39,385 nucleotides of DNA. It comes from a virus. Lineage: Duplodnaviria; Caudoviricetes. This document shows positions 19,447-28,979 of the stretch, piece by piece (position 1 is the stretch's first letter; every line of letters starts with the position of its first letter). Below the pieces are notes generated by a model that worked only from the letters and a program-made list of their open reading frames with translations, had not been told where the DNA came from and ran no database searches. A program made the position numbers and the translations under genes. Where the stretch lies: positions 1 through 39,385 of IMG/VR virus record IMGVR_UViG_3300005758_000262; one strand, written 5' to 3'.

Positions 19447-20168
19447 TGTATTTCAGCTAATTTACCATTCATTTTTACTAAAAGCTCATTTGCTTTTTTA
19501 AAATGTTCACATCCTTCAAATCTGGTTATTGGATTACAATTTAATGGACTTGGGTGTCCTGCTTCTAATATATGATGTCTTGTACAATCTAAATGAATTT
19601 TATATTTTCTAGCATCACTACCCCATAACATCCAAATTAATCCTGGATTTTGAGTATTTAAATATTGAATAACATAATTAGTAAATGGTTTCCATAGTGT
19701 TAAATGTGCACCTGGAGTACCTTCAATAGTAGTTAAAGCTGTATTTAATAATAATACACCTTGTTTAGCCCATCTTTCTAAATTAGTGTCTTGGTCTATA
19801 AACAAATCAGAATGTGAACCATATACATCCATAGCCACTTCTCTTAATATATTCTGAAGAGATTTAGGAACATAATAGTCATTTTCATTTGCTTTTTTAT
19901 AGCTAAATGCTAATCCATGAGCTTCAGGTTTATCAAATCTAATTCCATGATATGGATCTTGACCAATCACAACTACTTTAAGTTCATTATAAGGACAATA
20001 TTTAAAGGCATTGAAACAATCTGTATCAAAAGGAACTACTCTTTTACCATTTGCTTTTTCAGACTTTAAATGATTGATAATATCATCAAATTGTGGAGAT
20101 TCAATAAAAGGTGTTAATATTTTAAACCAGTTTTCTTCAAATAAATCTTTTATTTTATTAGCTTGCAC
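19440..20168 (-). CDS. ung: Uracil-DNA glycosylase, family 1
   Basis: VIGQDPYH, AHGLAFS, WAKQGVLLLNTALT, MLWG, HPSPL. Confidence 0.97.
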   Translation of the reverse strand: MQANKIKDLFEENWFKILTPFIESPQFDDIINHLKSEKANGKRVVPFDTDCFNAFKYCPYNELKVVVIGQDPYHGIRFDKPEAHGLAFSYKKANENDYYVPKSLQNILREVAMDVYGSHSDLFIDQDTNLERWAKQGVLLLNTALTTIEGTPGAHLTLWKPFTNYVIQYLNTQNPGLIWMLWGSDARKYKIHLDCTRHHILEAGHPSPLNCNPITRFEGCEHFKKANELLVKMNGKLAEIQW

Positions 20169-21145
20169 GCTTCTTCTTTATTATATTTTTTAACAAAATC
20201 AATAATATCTTTAACTCCAAATTCATCTGGAATTAAGAAATATTCTATATTCAATTGTTCAGACATTATTTTAGTACATATTTTACCAGATTCATCATTA
20301 TCATAAAATAATACAACATGTTTAAATCTACCTTTTAAATGTCTTATAAAATCAGGATTTATATAATGACCTTCGCCATGTGTAGCTACAGCATTATACC
20401 CTAATTCATATAAACACATTACATCTTTCATAGATTTAGTTAGATATATTAAATCTCCTTTTTCTGGAAGTTGGTCATAACCCATTATATCCTTATCATT
20501 ATTAGCATTTGTAAGCCATCTTTCATATTTAGGTGCTGTTGGAACATATATCTTGCAATTATTTGTTCTTGGAAAATGATAAGCATATATTGGATAATTT
20601 TCTACGTAACAACGTCTTAATTCATTCTCAATATATACACATTTACAAGAATATACATTGTATTTTATCAATGTTTCAATACTAATACCATATTGAATCC
20701 AATAATTTTCATCTATTTTAGTATATTCTTGTTTAGTAAATTCTATCTTTTTCTTTTTATTTTCTTTAATAATATTATAGTTACTATTCTTATCTTTTAA
20801 TCTTTCTACACTATATCCATTACTTCCAAATCCAAGATTAAAATCTCTATTAATTTGTTGACAAGCTTCCCAAAGAGTACAATTATTATAAACATGTTTC
20901 ATTACATATTTAAAACAATCACCTCCTTCTTTAGTAGATAAATCTTTATACATTAGCTTATCAAGATGTATATTGTAATATACTCCAAAACTAGGGTTTT
21001 TATCAGTTCTATAAGGAGCTGAGAATATTTCATTCACTTCAAATTCATATGGAATATATCTTCTGAATATTTGTTCATCTGTAATAAATTTAAGAATATT
21101 TTGTGTAGATAATTGTAAGGTATTTATATGTTTTGTTGAAATCAT
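20150..21145 (-). CDS. DNA primase (DnaG-like, TOPRIM)
   Basis: APYRTDKNPSF N-terminal module, GGDCF, TOPRIM region LTKSMKDVM...FYDNDESG...KDIIDF. Confidence 0.85.
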   Translation of the reverse strand: MISTKHINTLQLSTQNILKFITDEQIFRRYIPYEFEVNEIFSAPYRTDKNPSFGVYYNIHLDKLMYKDLSTKEGGDCFKYVMKHVYNNCTLWEACQQINRDFNLGFGSNGYSVERLKDKNSNYNIIKENKKKKIEFTKQEYTKIDENYWIQYGISIETLIKYNVYSCKCVYIENELRRCYVENYPIYAYHFPRTNNCKIYVPTAPKYERWLTNANNDKDIMGYDQLPEKGDLIYLTKSMKDVMCLYELGYNAVATHGEGHYINPDFIRHLKGRFKHVVLFYDNDESGKICTKIMSEQLNIEYFLIPDEFGVKDIIDFVKKYNKEEACKLIK

Positions 21146-21162
21146 ATTATAAATTTAAATAA

Positions 21163-21306
21163 TTATAAGGCTTGACGATATTTCATTTAATGTCCAAGGG
21201 TATCTGTAGTGTGGACTATTAACTTCACCACCTCTCACAATAAACTCACACTTAGCTATACTTCAGATACATCAGAGAATCCTCTAATGCAAATAGCACC
21301 TTATAA
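21163..21306. other. Intergenic nested inverted repeats (candidate structured RNA or ssDNA element)
   Basis: TTATAAGG/CCTTATAA, TATTTCATT/AATGCAAATA and GTATCTGTAGTGTGGACTA/TAGCTATACTTCAGATAC form nested stems. Confidence 0.6.
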
Positions 21307-21318
21307 CTATTTAATTAA

Positions 21319-21897
21319 TTAAAATAGTGATTCAGTACTGGTAGTAGATGGTTCTTCTTTTGGAAGTTCTTTAACATATACTTTTGAAAGTGCTTTTTCA
21401 GCACCTACTTCTTCATATTTAGTCAAAGATGCAAATGCTCTATATTTAGGAAAATTAAGCTCTGTACCTTTTTTACCAGTTACAGGATTAATATATTCCT
21501 TACCATTCAGAGTAACCCAAAAATAATTATCCTTAACAATATCAGTTAATTTTTGTGACCATTCTTCATAGCTAATATCACTAGGAAGGTTATTAACAGC
21601 ATCTCGTACACCTAAAGTATCAGCTAAATTTGCAATAGTTTCAGCCACCTGTTTTTCCATATCAGGATTAGACATAAATACAGTGTGAACTGTACCTATT
21701 TGTCCATATTTACCTTCAACTGGCACAAATCCTTCTTGAGTTACAGGTTCAGTTTCTAACTCAAATTTAAGCTTATAACTACCAGTTTTTGACTGATGTG
21801 ATAAAACATTAGTTATTTTCACCTTATATTGTCCAGGTGTTAAATATTTGTTAATTGTTTGTTTCTGTGTTGTTGTTACTGTACTCGTATTAATCAT
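21319..21897 (-). CDS. Putative single-stranded DNA-binding protein (DUF669-like)
   Basis: LTPGQYKVKITNV...SKTGSYKLKFELE; tail ends in ...TESLF; lies between the AAA ATPase and primase genes. Confidence 0.6.
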   Translation of the reverse strand: MINTSTVTTTQKQTINKYLTPGQYKVKITNVLSHQSKTGSYKLKFELETEPVTQEGFVPVEGKYGQIGTVHTVFMSNPDMEKQVAETIANLADTLGVRDAVNNLPSDISYEEWSQKLTDIVKDNYFWVTLNGKEYINPVTGKKGTELNFPKYRAFASLTKYEEVGAEKALSKVYVKELPKEEPSTTSTESLF

Positions 21898-21898
21898 A

Positions 21899-22774
21899 TT
21901 AATATTCTTCTTTTTTTATTTCTTCTTCAATTTGTTTTAAAGATCCTGTAGCCATTGTAATTTCACTATTCCAATATCTTAGTGGCTCATCAAATACACT
22001 ATTAAGTTCATTAAATGGTTTATAAATAGAATTTAAAGCAGCTGCACTAGTATAAGCTTCCTTTTTTCCATAAGGCTTATTTTTCATTCTCTTTTGTGTA
22101 GCTAATCCAATGTTATCTATTTCTTGTTTAGGTTCACTAAAATACCTAAAATCAGGATGCATACTATAAAAAATAAATCCAGGATTATTATTATCAACTA
22201 TTGGATGAGGTGTTACTTCAAATATTGTTGTGTTATAATTAACACTTAATTCTCTCCAATCAGCTGTAGATGTAATCCTACCATTTGTCTTATTTAGCAA
22301 ATATCCATTTACTTCATCACTTTTGAAAATATAAATTGTCTTATTTTCAGGATCTTGAGCAAATCCAACATAATTTTGTTCATCTTTTAATCCTAATAAA
22401 GATATTAATGCACTTGATATATAAATATCCCTCTTATTAGCGATTAATTCAATACAGAAATTATCTCCAAATTTATCTTTTCTTTCAACTCTATTACCTT
22501 TTACTAATATACTATGACCTGCAAATTCCTTATCTATCAGATTTATTTCATCTAATGTTATTTCTGCATTTGCATTGAAATAAAGAGATTTAGGATTTTT
22601 TGTAGAGTATAGTGCTGTAAAAGTATCTGTTTTTTCATCATACAATTTTAACTGCACAGTAGTATCTCTAGGTATTGTAGTAAAATAAGGATTTCTTACT
22701 ACACCTAATCTACCAAGTAGTTTATATCTTTGTATTGTTCTATTTTGTAGTTGTTCTTCTGTTAAATTTGTCAT
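21899..22774 (-). CDS. Hypothetical protein
   Basis: 291 aa ORF coupled to the AAA ATPase by TAATG. Confidence 0.7.
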   Translation of the reverse strand: MTNLTEEQLQNRTIQRYKLLGRLGVVRNPYFTTIPRDTTVQLKLYDEKTDTFTALYSTKNPKSLYFNANAEITLDEINLIDKEFAGHSILVKGNRVERKDKFGDNFCIELIANKRDIYISSALISLLGLKDEQNYVGFAQDPENKTIYIFKSDEVNGYLLNKTNGRITSTADWRELSVNYNTTIFEVTPHPIVDNNNPGFIFYSMHPDFRYFSEPKQEIDNIGLATQKRMKNKPYGKKEAYTSAAALNSIYKPFNELNSVFDEPLRYWNSEITMATGSLKQIEEEIKKEEY

Positions 22775-23466
22775 TATTCACCTTTGTTATATTTATCTAT
22801 TAATTCAGATACAATACTTAAATCATTTGGTATATATAAATCATTAAACATACCAACAGGAGATTTAGCAGGTAATTGACCATTGTTATTAGTGACAAAT
22901 TCATATTTAATTTTATTATCTGCTCCTTTACTGGCTCTACTATATAATACCACTGTAAAAAGTCCTTCTAAAGTTAAATAATCATCAATCATTTTACCAA
23001 CAGTCTTCATTTTAAAGCCATATTCTTTATTATCTTCTGGATGCCATAAGAAATAAACTTTAAGATCTTTTCTTGCATTTTTAGCTGCTTGTACAATTTT
23101 ACTCATATTAACACCTATATCTGCAAATTTACCATACCCATTTTCCTTAGCTCTTGACATAAACTCAAAAGCCATAATAAATTGACCATCATCTATTACA
23201 TAATTTTTAATATCTGGTCTTTTTTCAGATACAAATTTGATAGATTCGGCTATAGTATTACTATCTGATGTTTCAACATAGTTACCACCCTCACTTAATT
23301 TTCCACCATAATGTTTTTGCCATCCTCTAAATGGTAAATCTTTACCTGCAACATTGCACACTACAGTTTCTTTAGGGTTTAATCCTTTAATTTCAATTTC
23401 TGGTAAAATTCCATAACTAGTAGATTTACCACTTCCACTAGGTCCTACAATCGCAATTGCGCTCAT
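22774..23466 (-). CDS. AAA-family ATPase (AAA_24/Sak4-like)
   Basis: Walker A GPSGSGKST, Walker B YVIDD, KMKTVGKMID, AKSPVGMF. Confidence 0.85.
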   Translation of the reverse strand: MSAIAIVGPSGSGKSTSYGILPEIEIKGLNPKETVVCNVAGKDLPFRGWQKHYGGKLSEGGNYVETSDSNTIAESIKFVSEKRPDIKNYVIDDGQFIMAFEFMSRAKENGYGKFADIGVNMSKIVQAAKNARKDLKVYFLWHPEDNKEYGFKMKTVGKMIDDYLTLEGLFTVVLYSRASKGADNKIKYEFVTNNNGQLPAKSPVGMFNDLYIPNDLSIVSELIDKYNKGE

Positions 23467-23479
23467 TAATTATATTTAC

Positions 23480-23839
23480 TTATTTTTCAATTGTTACAAC
23501 TACATTATTTTTTATTACTAATCTATAACCTTTTTGATTTGGATATTTACCAGAAGAACCTAATGTTTCCATCATTTTTAATATATCTTCTGATAATATT
23601 TCTTTACCTATTTTTTCTAAGTCATAACCTAAAACTCTTTCAAAATATCTCAAATAAGCATGTTCAGAAATAATTGTGTCTTTCTTTTCAAAAGAATTTA
23701 ATTTCTCTGTTAAAGTTTTTAATTCCTTTTCATGTAAACTTAATTCTTTATTTTTACCAGATATTTCTAGTTTTAAATTGTTAATTTTAGCTTTTACGTC
23801 CGCTATATGTACTTGTAGTTGTTTTAAAGCATTTTTCAT
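23480..23839 (-). CDS. Coiled-coil protein with a C-terminal HAxxRxxER domain
   Basis: Heptad-like N-terminal 50 aa, then ISEHAYLRYFERVLG...LVIKNNVVVTI. Confidence 0.7.
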   Translation of the reverse strand: MKNALKQLQVHIADVKAKINNLKLEISGKNKELSLHEKELKTLTEKLNSFEKKDTIISEHAYLRYFERVLGYDLEKIGKEILSEDILKMMETLGSSGKYPNQKGYRLVIKNNVVVTIEK

Positions 23840-23841
23840 AG

Positions 23842-24918
23842 TTAAATATATTTATTGTATAATTCTGGGTTGTTTATAAATTCTTCAGCTGGAGGTAATT
23901 CTTCAAAGTAATTTGATGCACCATTGAAGAATAGATCTACATATGTATTAGCTAATCCATAATGTCTATCTTTAAGAAATATAAGACTTCTATATCTATC
24001 ATTTAATTTAGTAATATCATATTTTCTATATTTAGCTATTTTATATCTAGCTGGAGAAAATAAACCTAATACTAAATCACAATCTCTGGCTGTCTCTTTA
24101 TTATTAGCTAGACCATTGAGAGAAGGTTCTAGTTTCTGCTCAATAGTTTCACCTTTATAAAATTCCATTCTTTCTGTCTCAGCAGCCTGTTGATGAACAT
24201 TAATAACTGTACAGTTAAATCTCTTACAAAATTGCTTTAAACAGTATTCTTTACTAAAATTACCAATGGTTTGATGTTCCCCCATACCATTCTCTGGAGT
24301 TAGTAGAGAAATGTGGTCATTAATAATAAAATAATGTGTATCTGTAAGATGTTTATAACCAATAGTTATTTTATCTTTACCTTCATTTATTTCTTCATAT
24401 AAATTATGTCCAACACTTGGATTATTAAAATAATCTCTTACATGTTTATAAATACCAAATGGATTATGAACATAATCTATTACTTCTACAAATGAAGCTA
24501 ATTCATTAACAAAGTTTTCACATTCACGTATTTTAGCTAAATTATCTTCAGAAATAGTGTATTGACCTAAAGACTTTAATTGTGCGGTAGATAATTCAAT
24601 ATTAAATTTCTCATAAAGCATTGTGCTTATAAAAGATAGCCAGAATTCTTCCTGTGTTTCTTCTAATGCAAAATACCATAGTTTAACTTTAGTAGCTGGG
24701 TTTTGCTTAATAAAGTTATATACGGATGTTATACAAAAGAATTTAGTGAATTTAGTTTTACCTATACCACTTGCTGCTGTTAATTCTATTAATTTACCTT
24801 TCTCAAAACCAGGAAATTTTTTAGCTAATCTGGGAAATGGTGGTTGTATTGATAGTTGTTTACCTTCATCTTTAATTTGTTTATTCTCTAATATTCTTTT
24901 GTAAACTTCATCAAACAT
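23842..24918 (-). CDS. Replicative helicase, DnaB-like (SF4)
   Basis: TAASGIGKT, FALEE, IINDHISLL, VHQQ, RDCDLVLGL, LKDRHYG. Confidence 0.85.
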   Translation of the reverse strand: MFDEVYKRILENKQIKDEGKQLSIQPPFPRLAKKFPGFEKGKLIELTAASGIGKTKFTKFFCITSVYNFIKQNPATKVKLWYFALEETQEEFWLSFISTMLYEKFNIELSTAQLKSLGQYTISEDNLAKIRECENFVNELASFVEVIDYVHNPFGIYKHVRDYFNNPSVGHNLYEEINEGKDKITIGYKHLTDTHYFIINDHISLLTPENGMGEHQTIGNFSKEYCLKQFCKRFNCTVINVHQQAAETERMEFYKGETIEQKLEPSLNGLANNKETARDCDLVLGLFSPARYKIAKYRKYDITKLNDRYRSLIFLKDRHYGLANTYVDLFFNGASNYFEELPPAEEFINNPELYNKYI

Positions 24919-25555
24919 TTTTACTCCAAGGGTCTATTTTTTCAATATCATCATCTTTCATTACCTCTAAAATAGCTAAGAATTCTTTATTATTTAACCA
25001 AGTTATACTAGCTTTCATAAATTTTAAATCACTAAACATTTTACCATTTGAATTATTAGTACGCATTTCTATTTCATATTTTAAAGCTGTAATAATATCC
25101 TCATGTTTATATTCTTCTAGTAGTTTTTTATAAAGCTTTTTACATTTTTCTTGTTCTGTTCTTAAAACTCTGGTTCTAGGATAATGTAATATTTTGTCTG
25201 ATGTTGGAAATGTTTCCCAAAACTCATTGAATTGATATTCAAAATTAGTTTTTTCAAATGTTATGTCTAATTTTTTGAAATCTTCAAATTTAGTTTTAAG
25301 ATTAAATATAATGTCTTCTCCTTTATCTGTCACATAAAGATTTTCCACTATTTCAAATCCTAATTCATCACTATATATCCCTAAGAACCCTCGTCTTACC
25401 AGATTTTGTAATAATAACTTTCTCTGCTTGTCTATTTGTAGTATTTTCTCTAGAAAACTGTAATCTTTCTCGAATATAGCCTCTATTATAACTACTTGGT
25501 CTGCCGTTATTTTGTATTTGTCCAGAATTTCTTCTAGAAATACTTTCAAAATCAT
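24911..25555 (-). CDS. Putative replication initiator/helicase-loader-like protein
   Basis: Winged-helix-like LQNLVRRGFL...YVTDKG, then FNEFWETFP...KASITWLN; immediately upstream of the helicase. Confidence 0.55.
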   Translation of the reverse strand: MILKVFLEEILDKYKITADQVVIIEAIFEKDYSFLEKILQIDKQRKLLLQNLVRRGFLGIYSDELGFEIVENLYVTDKGEDIIFNLKTKFEDFKKLDITFEKTNFEYQFNEFWETFPTSDKILHYPRTRVLRTEQEKCKKLYKKLLEEYKHEDIITALKYEIEMRTNNSNGKMFSDLKFMKASITWLNNKEFLAILEVMKDDDIEKIDPWSKNV

Positions 25556-25619
25556 TTAATTCTTTTAATAATTTATTTTCAAAGAATTGTCTTTCCATTA
25601 ATGTATAATCATCCATAAT

Positions 25620-25931
25620 TTATCTCCCCCATCTAATATGATCAGATCTTACAATATTATTTTCTTTCTCATAATCCCTAATTTCTTTTCTTTTCATAGT
25701 AATTTTAACTTCATAAAGTTTTTGAATATCTCTACCTCTATTACGAAGTAATAAAGAACTATTTATAATATCATTTAATTCTCTATAAAACTCAGCTAAT
25801 TTAGGGTGTTCTGTTGCCATTAAACTTACAGATTTTCCTGCAACTGGAACTATTGGCTTTTCTTCTTTATGTATTTGATTTTCATTTTCAGGAATTTCAA
25901 AGTTTTTGTCACTGATTGGTTCTTCTTCCAT
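25620..25931 (-). CDS. Hypothetical protein
   Basis: 103 aa ORF starting 2 nt after the polymerase stop. Confidence 0.7.
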   Translation of the reverse strand: MEEEPISDKNFEIPENENQIHKEEKPIVPVAGKSVSLMATEHPKLAEFYRELNDIINSSLLLRNRGRDIQKLYEVKITMKRKEIRDYEKENNIVRSDHIRWGR

Positions 25932-25933
25932 AG

Positions 25934-26435
25934 TTAAAATAAGCTTAATTGTTTATCCTCAATAACATCTATGATTTTTCTACATTCATTTATATAGAAA
26001 GAATAATCAATATTATATTCGGAAAATTGTTTTTCTATGTAATTATTAAATATTGTTACAGTATATGCTTTATTTATAAATTCAGATGTACCTTTTGTAT
26101 AATACTTAACAAATACAGCACCGGTCTTAGATATATAGTATCTTACATTCTTCTGTTGTTTTTGAATTTTTTCTTCATTATCTTCCAAAAAATGTACCAT
26201 TCCATAACTATCTTTACCAAATTTCTGCCTACCACAAAAGTCATAAATGTTAGTATGTTTTTTAATTGTATATTCTATAGGTATTTTATTAACAAAATAT
26301 TCTTGTAAAGCAATAGGAATTATTTTAAAACTATTATCTTTATGATACGCTGGTTCATTACCTACGACTTTATCAATCTCAAATGCTCCTTTATATTTAA
26401 CTTTACCTTTTTCTGATACAGCTAAATAATTATTG
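25934..26435 (-). CDS. Family B DNA polymerase, exon 2
   Basis: Open frame from 26434: NNYLAVSEKGKVKYKGAFE...YHKDNSFKIIP...IYDFC, continuous with the 25934..26200 ORF; restores RDVNNY after splicing. Confidence 0.92.
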
Positions 26436-26456
26436 CTTTTCTGTAATCTCTTATTT

Positions 26457-27134
26457 CTAAGAGTGTCGGACTATATCTTCATTAACTTTTAATTTTTGTA
26501 TTTTATAACCTTTAAATATAATTTCATTAATTTTCTTCCTTTTAAATGTTGCTAAACAATTCTGTAAACCTAAGTTTTTAAGTTCTTTATAACTAACTAT
26601 TGTTGTAATATTATCTCTTGTTAGATGATATTCGTATTTAGTTAGTATTTTACTTAGTAATAATGATTGATTAGCTTTTCTTTCATTATTGTTTTTCCAA
26701 TTATTTGCTAACTTTTGTCCATGATTTTTTCTAATACCTAAAGACCATTCTTTTTTAACTCTTTTTGATATTTTTTCTCTTGTTTCATCATGAACAATCA
26801 TATTTGTTGAAGAATCTCTTCTTAAATTATATCCTAATTCCCTATTAGTAGTATTATATTTATCAATAAAAAAAAGTTCTCTTTCTTTTAAATAATTTTC
26901 ATCTAATAGGGTTTTTTCTAAAATTATATATTCAAAATTACTTAAAGAATATTTTTTAATTGCATTCAATAAATGAGGATTTTCATTAAAGTTTCTATGT
27001 TGATACTTTATATCACTCAAATGTTGATGTAATCTTTTATAAATATTTTTAGCTTTACCAATATATAATTTATTATTGGTTATATTTCTAATTGCATATA
27101 TTCCTGGGAAGGAATGCTCTATTTTTATCTTCAT
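26457..27134 (-). CDS. Intron-encoded GIY-YIG homing endonuclease
   Basis: GIYAIRNITNNKLYIGKA...RLHQH...ERE...GYN; its last codons (EDIVRHS) overlap the intron S/P7 element. Confidence 0.93.
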   Translation of the reverse strand: MKIKIEHSFPGIYAIRNITNNKLYIGKAKNIYKRLHQHLSDIKYQHRNFNENPHLLNAIKKYSLSNFEYIILEKTLLDENYLKERELFFIDKYNTTNRELGYNLRRDSSTNMIVHDETREKISKRVKKEWSLGIRKNHGQKLANNWKNNNERKANQSLLLSKILTKYEYHLTRDNITTIVSYKELKNLGLQNCLATFKRKKINEIIFKGYKIQKLKVNEDIVRHS

Positions 27135-27139
27135 AAATA

Positions 27140-27170
27140 CAAAGATACAAAATAATTATTAATTATGCAA
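27140..27170 (-). promoter_or_regulatory. Bacteroidota-type sigma-A promoter for the GIY-YIG ORF
   Basis: TATCTTTG (TAnnTTTG) at 27147-27140, with TTG 20 nt upstream and the ATG 5 nt downstream. Confidence 0.6.
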
Positions 27171-27498
27171 CAATTTTATATTAAAAATTGTTAATGCCTT
27201 CCGCTTCGAGTTATTTAATCATAATAACCCTACTCTACTCCATTCACTATTTAGTGTGTTTCGATAGTCTCTGAACCTTCCTATAAATAGGCTTGGCTGC
27301 TGATTGACATATAATAGGAGTTGGTTTGTAGCTGACCATAATTGCATCATTTAACTTATCAATATCTGTATTGAGCAGTCTACTAAAGCTAGTGAGGCTT
27401 TATAGGATTTCCATTCCTTCTAATAAGCACTACACTCCTTTATCACTATTACTTAGTTTTCCAGCAATTCAAAAGGTTAAGACGCCAATATTTTATAA

Positions 27499-28895
27499 AC
27501 GTCCCTGATAACCATCTTAGAATAATTTACATACTCTAATTCTAAATTAGTTATATTTTGCCATTCTTTACATACATCATTATAAATAGGTTCCAGTAAT
27601 CTTGGTATTTTAACAGTTATACCATCTGTATTTATTTGAAGAACTTTTAAGTTTAGTATATTATCTACTAACATTTCAGCCAACATACAAAGCATTAATT
27701 GACCATTTATAGTAGTTGCCATAGTGTATTTTGGGTCATATAAGAAACTATTAGCATCATTAGATTTACCATACACACTATTAGCTGATAATTTTAAAGC
27801 ATCTGCAATAGCTGTTTGACCATCTTTTTTAGCCTGTAATCTCTTTTTGACTATATCATTATCATAAATATCTATAAACTCTTTACCCAAATGTTCAATA
27901 AATAAACCATTTTTAATAGCTATATTGGGATATAGTGATGCAACATCTGCATCTATAATTACATAATCATCATCTGATTCATATACACCTGGTTTTATAC
28001 ATCCGTGAATACCTCCTTGACCTAAATCATATTTAAAACCTTTATAAACAACTGATTCTTCAAAAGCTCCTTTAGTTTTAGTAATATGTATAGTTCTCAA
28101 CTTATTCAACAAATGATTAAATTCTTTACTATTAAACTTAATATAGTTAAATATAATATCTTTGACTATAATGTTATTTCTAAAAGTTCTTTGTTGTTTT
28201 ACTTCCCAAACATTTAAATCTGTTTTATCACAATATAATTTTAATATTAATTGTTCACCAATTTTACTATCAGACCAATTTAGACATGGTATATCATAAG
28301 TTGATTTAAGAGTTTTTCTTAGATCAATTTTTTCTCTGGATTTTTTATAAAACTCAAATGTAGCTAATACATCATTCATATTATATTCTAGAATATCTTT
28401 TACTTCTTCTAAAGTAATATCTTCTCTTGTATGCTCTATGGGCATTTCCATTACATTAGGAAAGTTCATTGATATTTCCAGAGCTTTTAAACTAGTTCTT
28501 CGAGCTTTATTGTTATAATGCCATAGTTTAAATAAATCTAATTGTTTTATTCTCCAATTTTTTGTTGGAATAGCTACAGTTTTATAAAATTCATCTGTGT
28601 CTTGGCTATTAATTATTTCCTGAGCTTTTTGATATATTAAACTGATTATTTGTTCTATGTTATATTTAGATGGCCAAATAAACATATTTTCAAGAATATA
28701 ATGAATAATAGGATAATCAAAGTTAATATTGTTAAATCCTATTTGTCCTATACATTCCTGCAAATGATTTACTAAACTAAACCAATCATTTTTATCTTTA
28801 TGTAAAACAAATTGATATTTTTCTTCTGTTTTAACATTTATTGCTGAATATGTAAAACAGCTAGCTAAAGTTTCTATGTCATAAACTACTACCAA
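27499..28895 (-). CDS. Family B DNA polymerase, exon 1 (spliced product 632 aa)
   Basis: Exonuclease motifs YDIET and GFNNINFD; polymerase motifs DADVASLYP, KLSANSVYGKS and NTDG; TTG start. Confidence 0.95.
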
Positions 28896-28975
28896 TTTTT
28901 ATTATTTTTATATCTTTTCAATAGACATACTATAGTAATCATAATAGTTAATGATATTAGACCTTCAATAATCAC
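28889..28975 (-). CDS. Putative 28 aa membrane peptide (not in ORF track)
   Basis: GTG-started MIIEGLISLTIMITIVCLLKRYKNNKNW*; fills the gap and its stop overlaps the polymerase start. Confidence 0.5.
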   Translation of the reverse strand: MIIEGLISLTIMITIVCLLKRYKNNKNW

Positions 28976-28979
28976 TTGA

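Larger units (their letters stand above)
26436..27498 (-). mobile_element. Group I intron (1063 nt) in the DNA polymerase gene
   Basis: 5' exon GACGU pairs with guide GCGUC (U.G at the splice site). UAUUG pairs with 3' exon CAAUA (P10). Core AAUUGCUGGAAA / AAUCAGCAG / UCAGAGACUA / AAGAUAUAGUC. Terminal G. Confidence 0.93.

Noticed and set aside
25371-25616. 81 aa minus-strand ORF
   Set aside because: Three quarters of it overlaps 24911..25555 in another frame. Its first 20 codons fill a gap, so it cannot be excluded, but support is insufficient.
25934-26200. 88 aa ORF as an independent gene, or polB as a pseudogene
   Set aside because: It is the end of polymerase exon 2.
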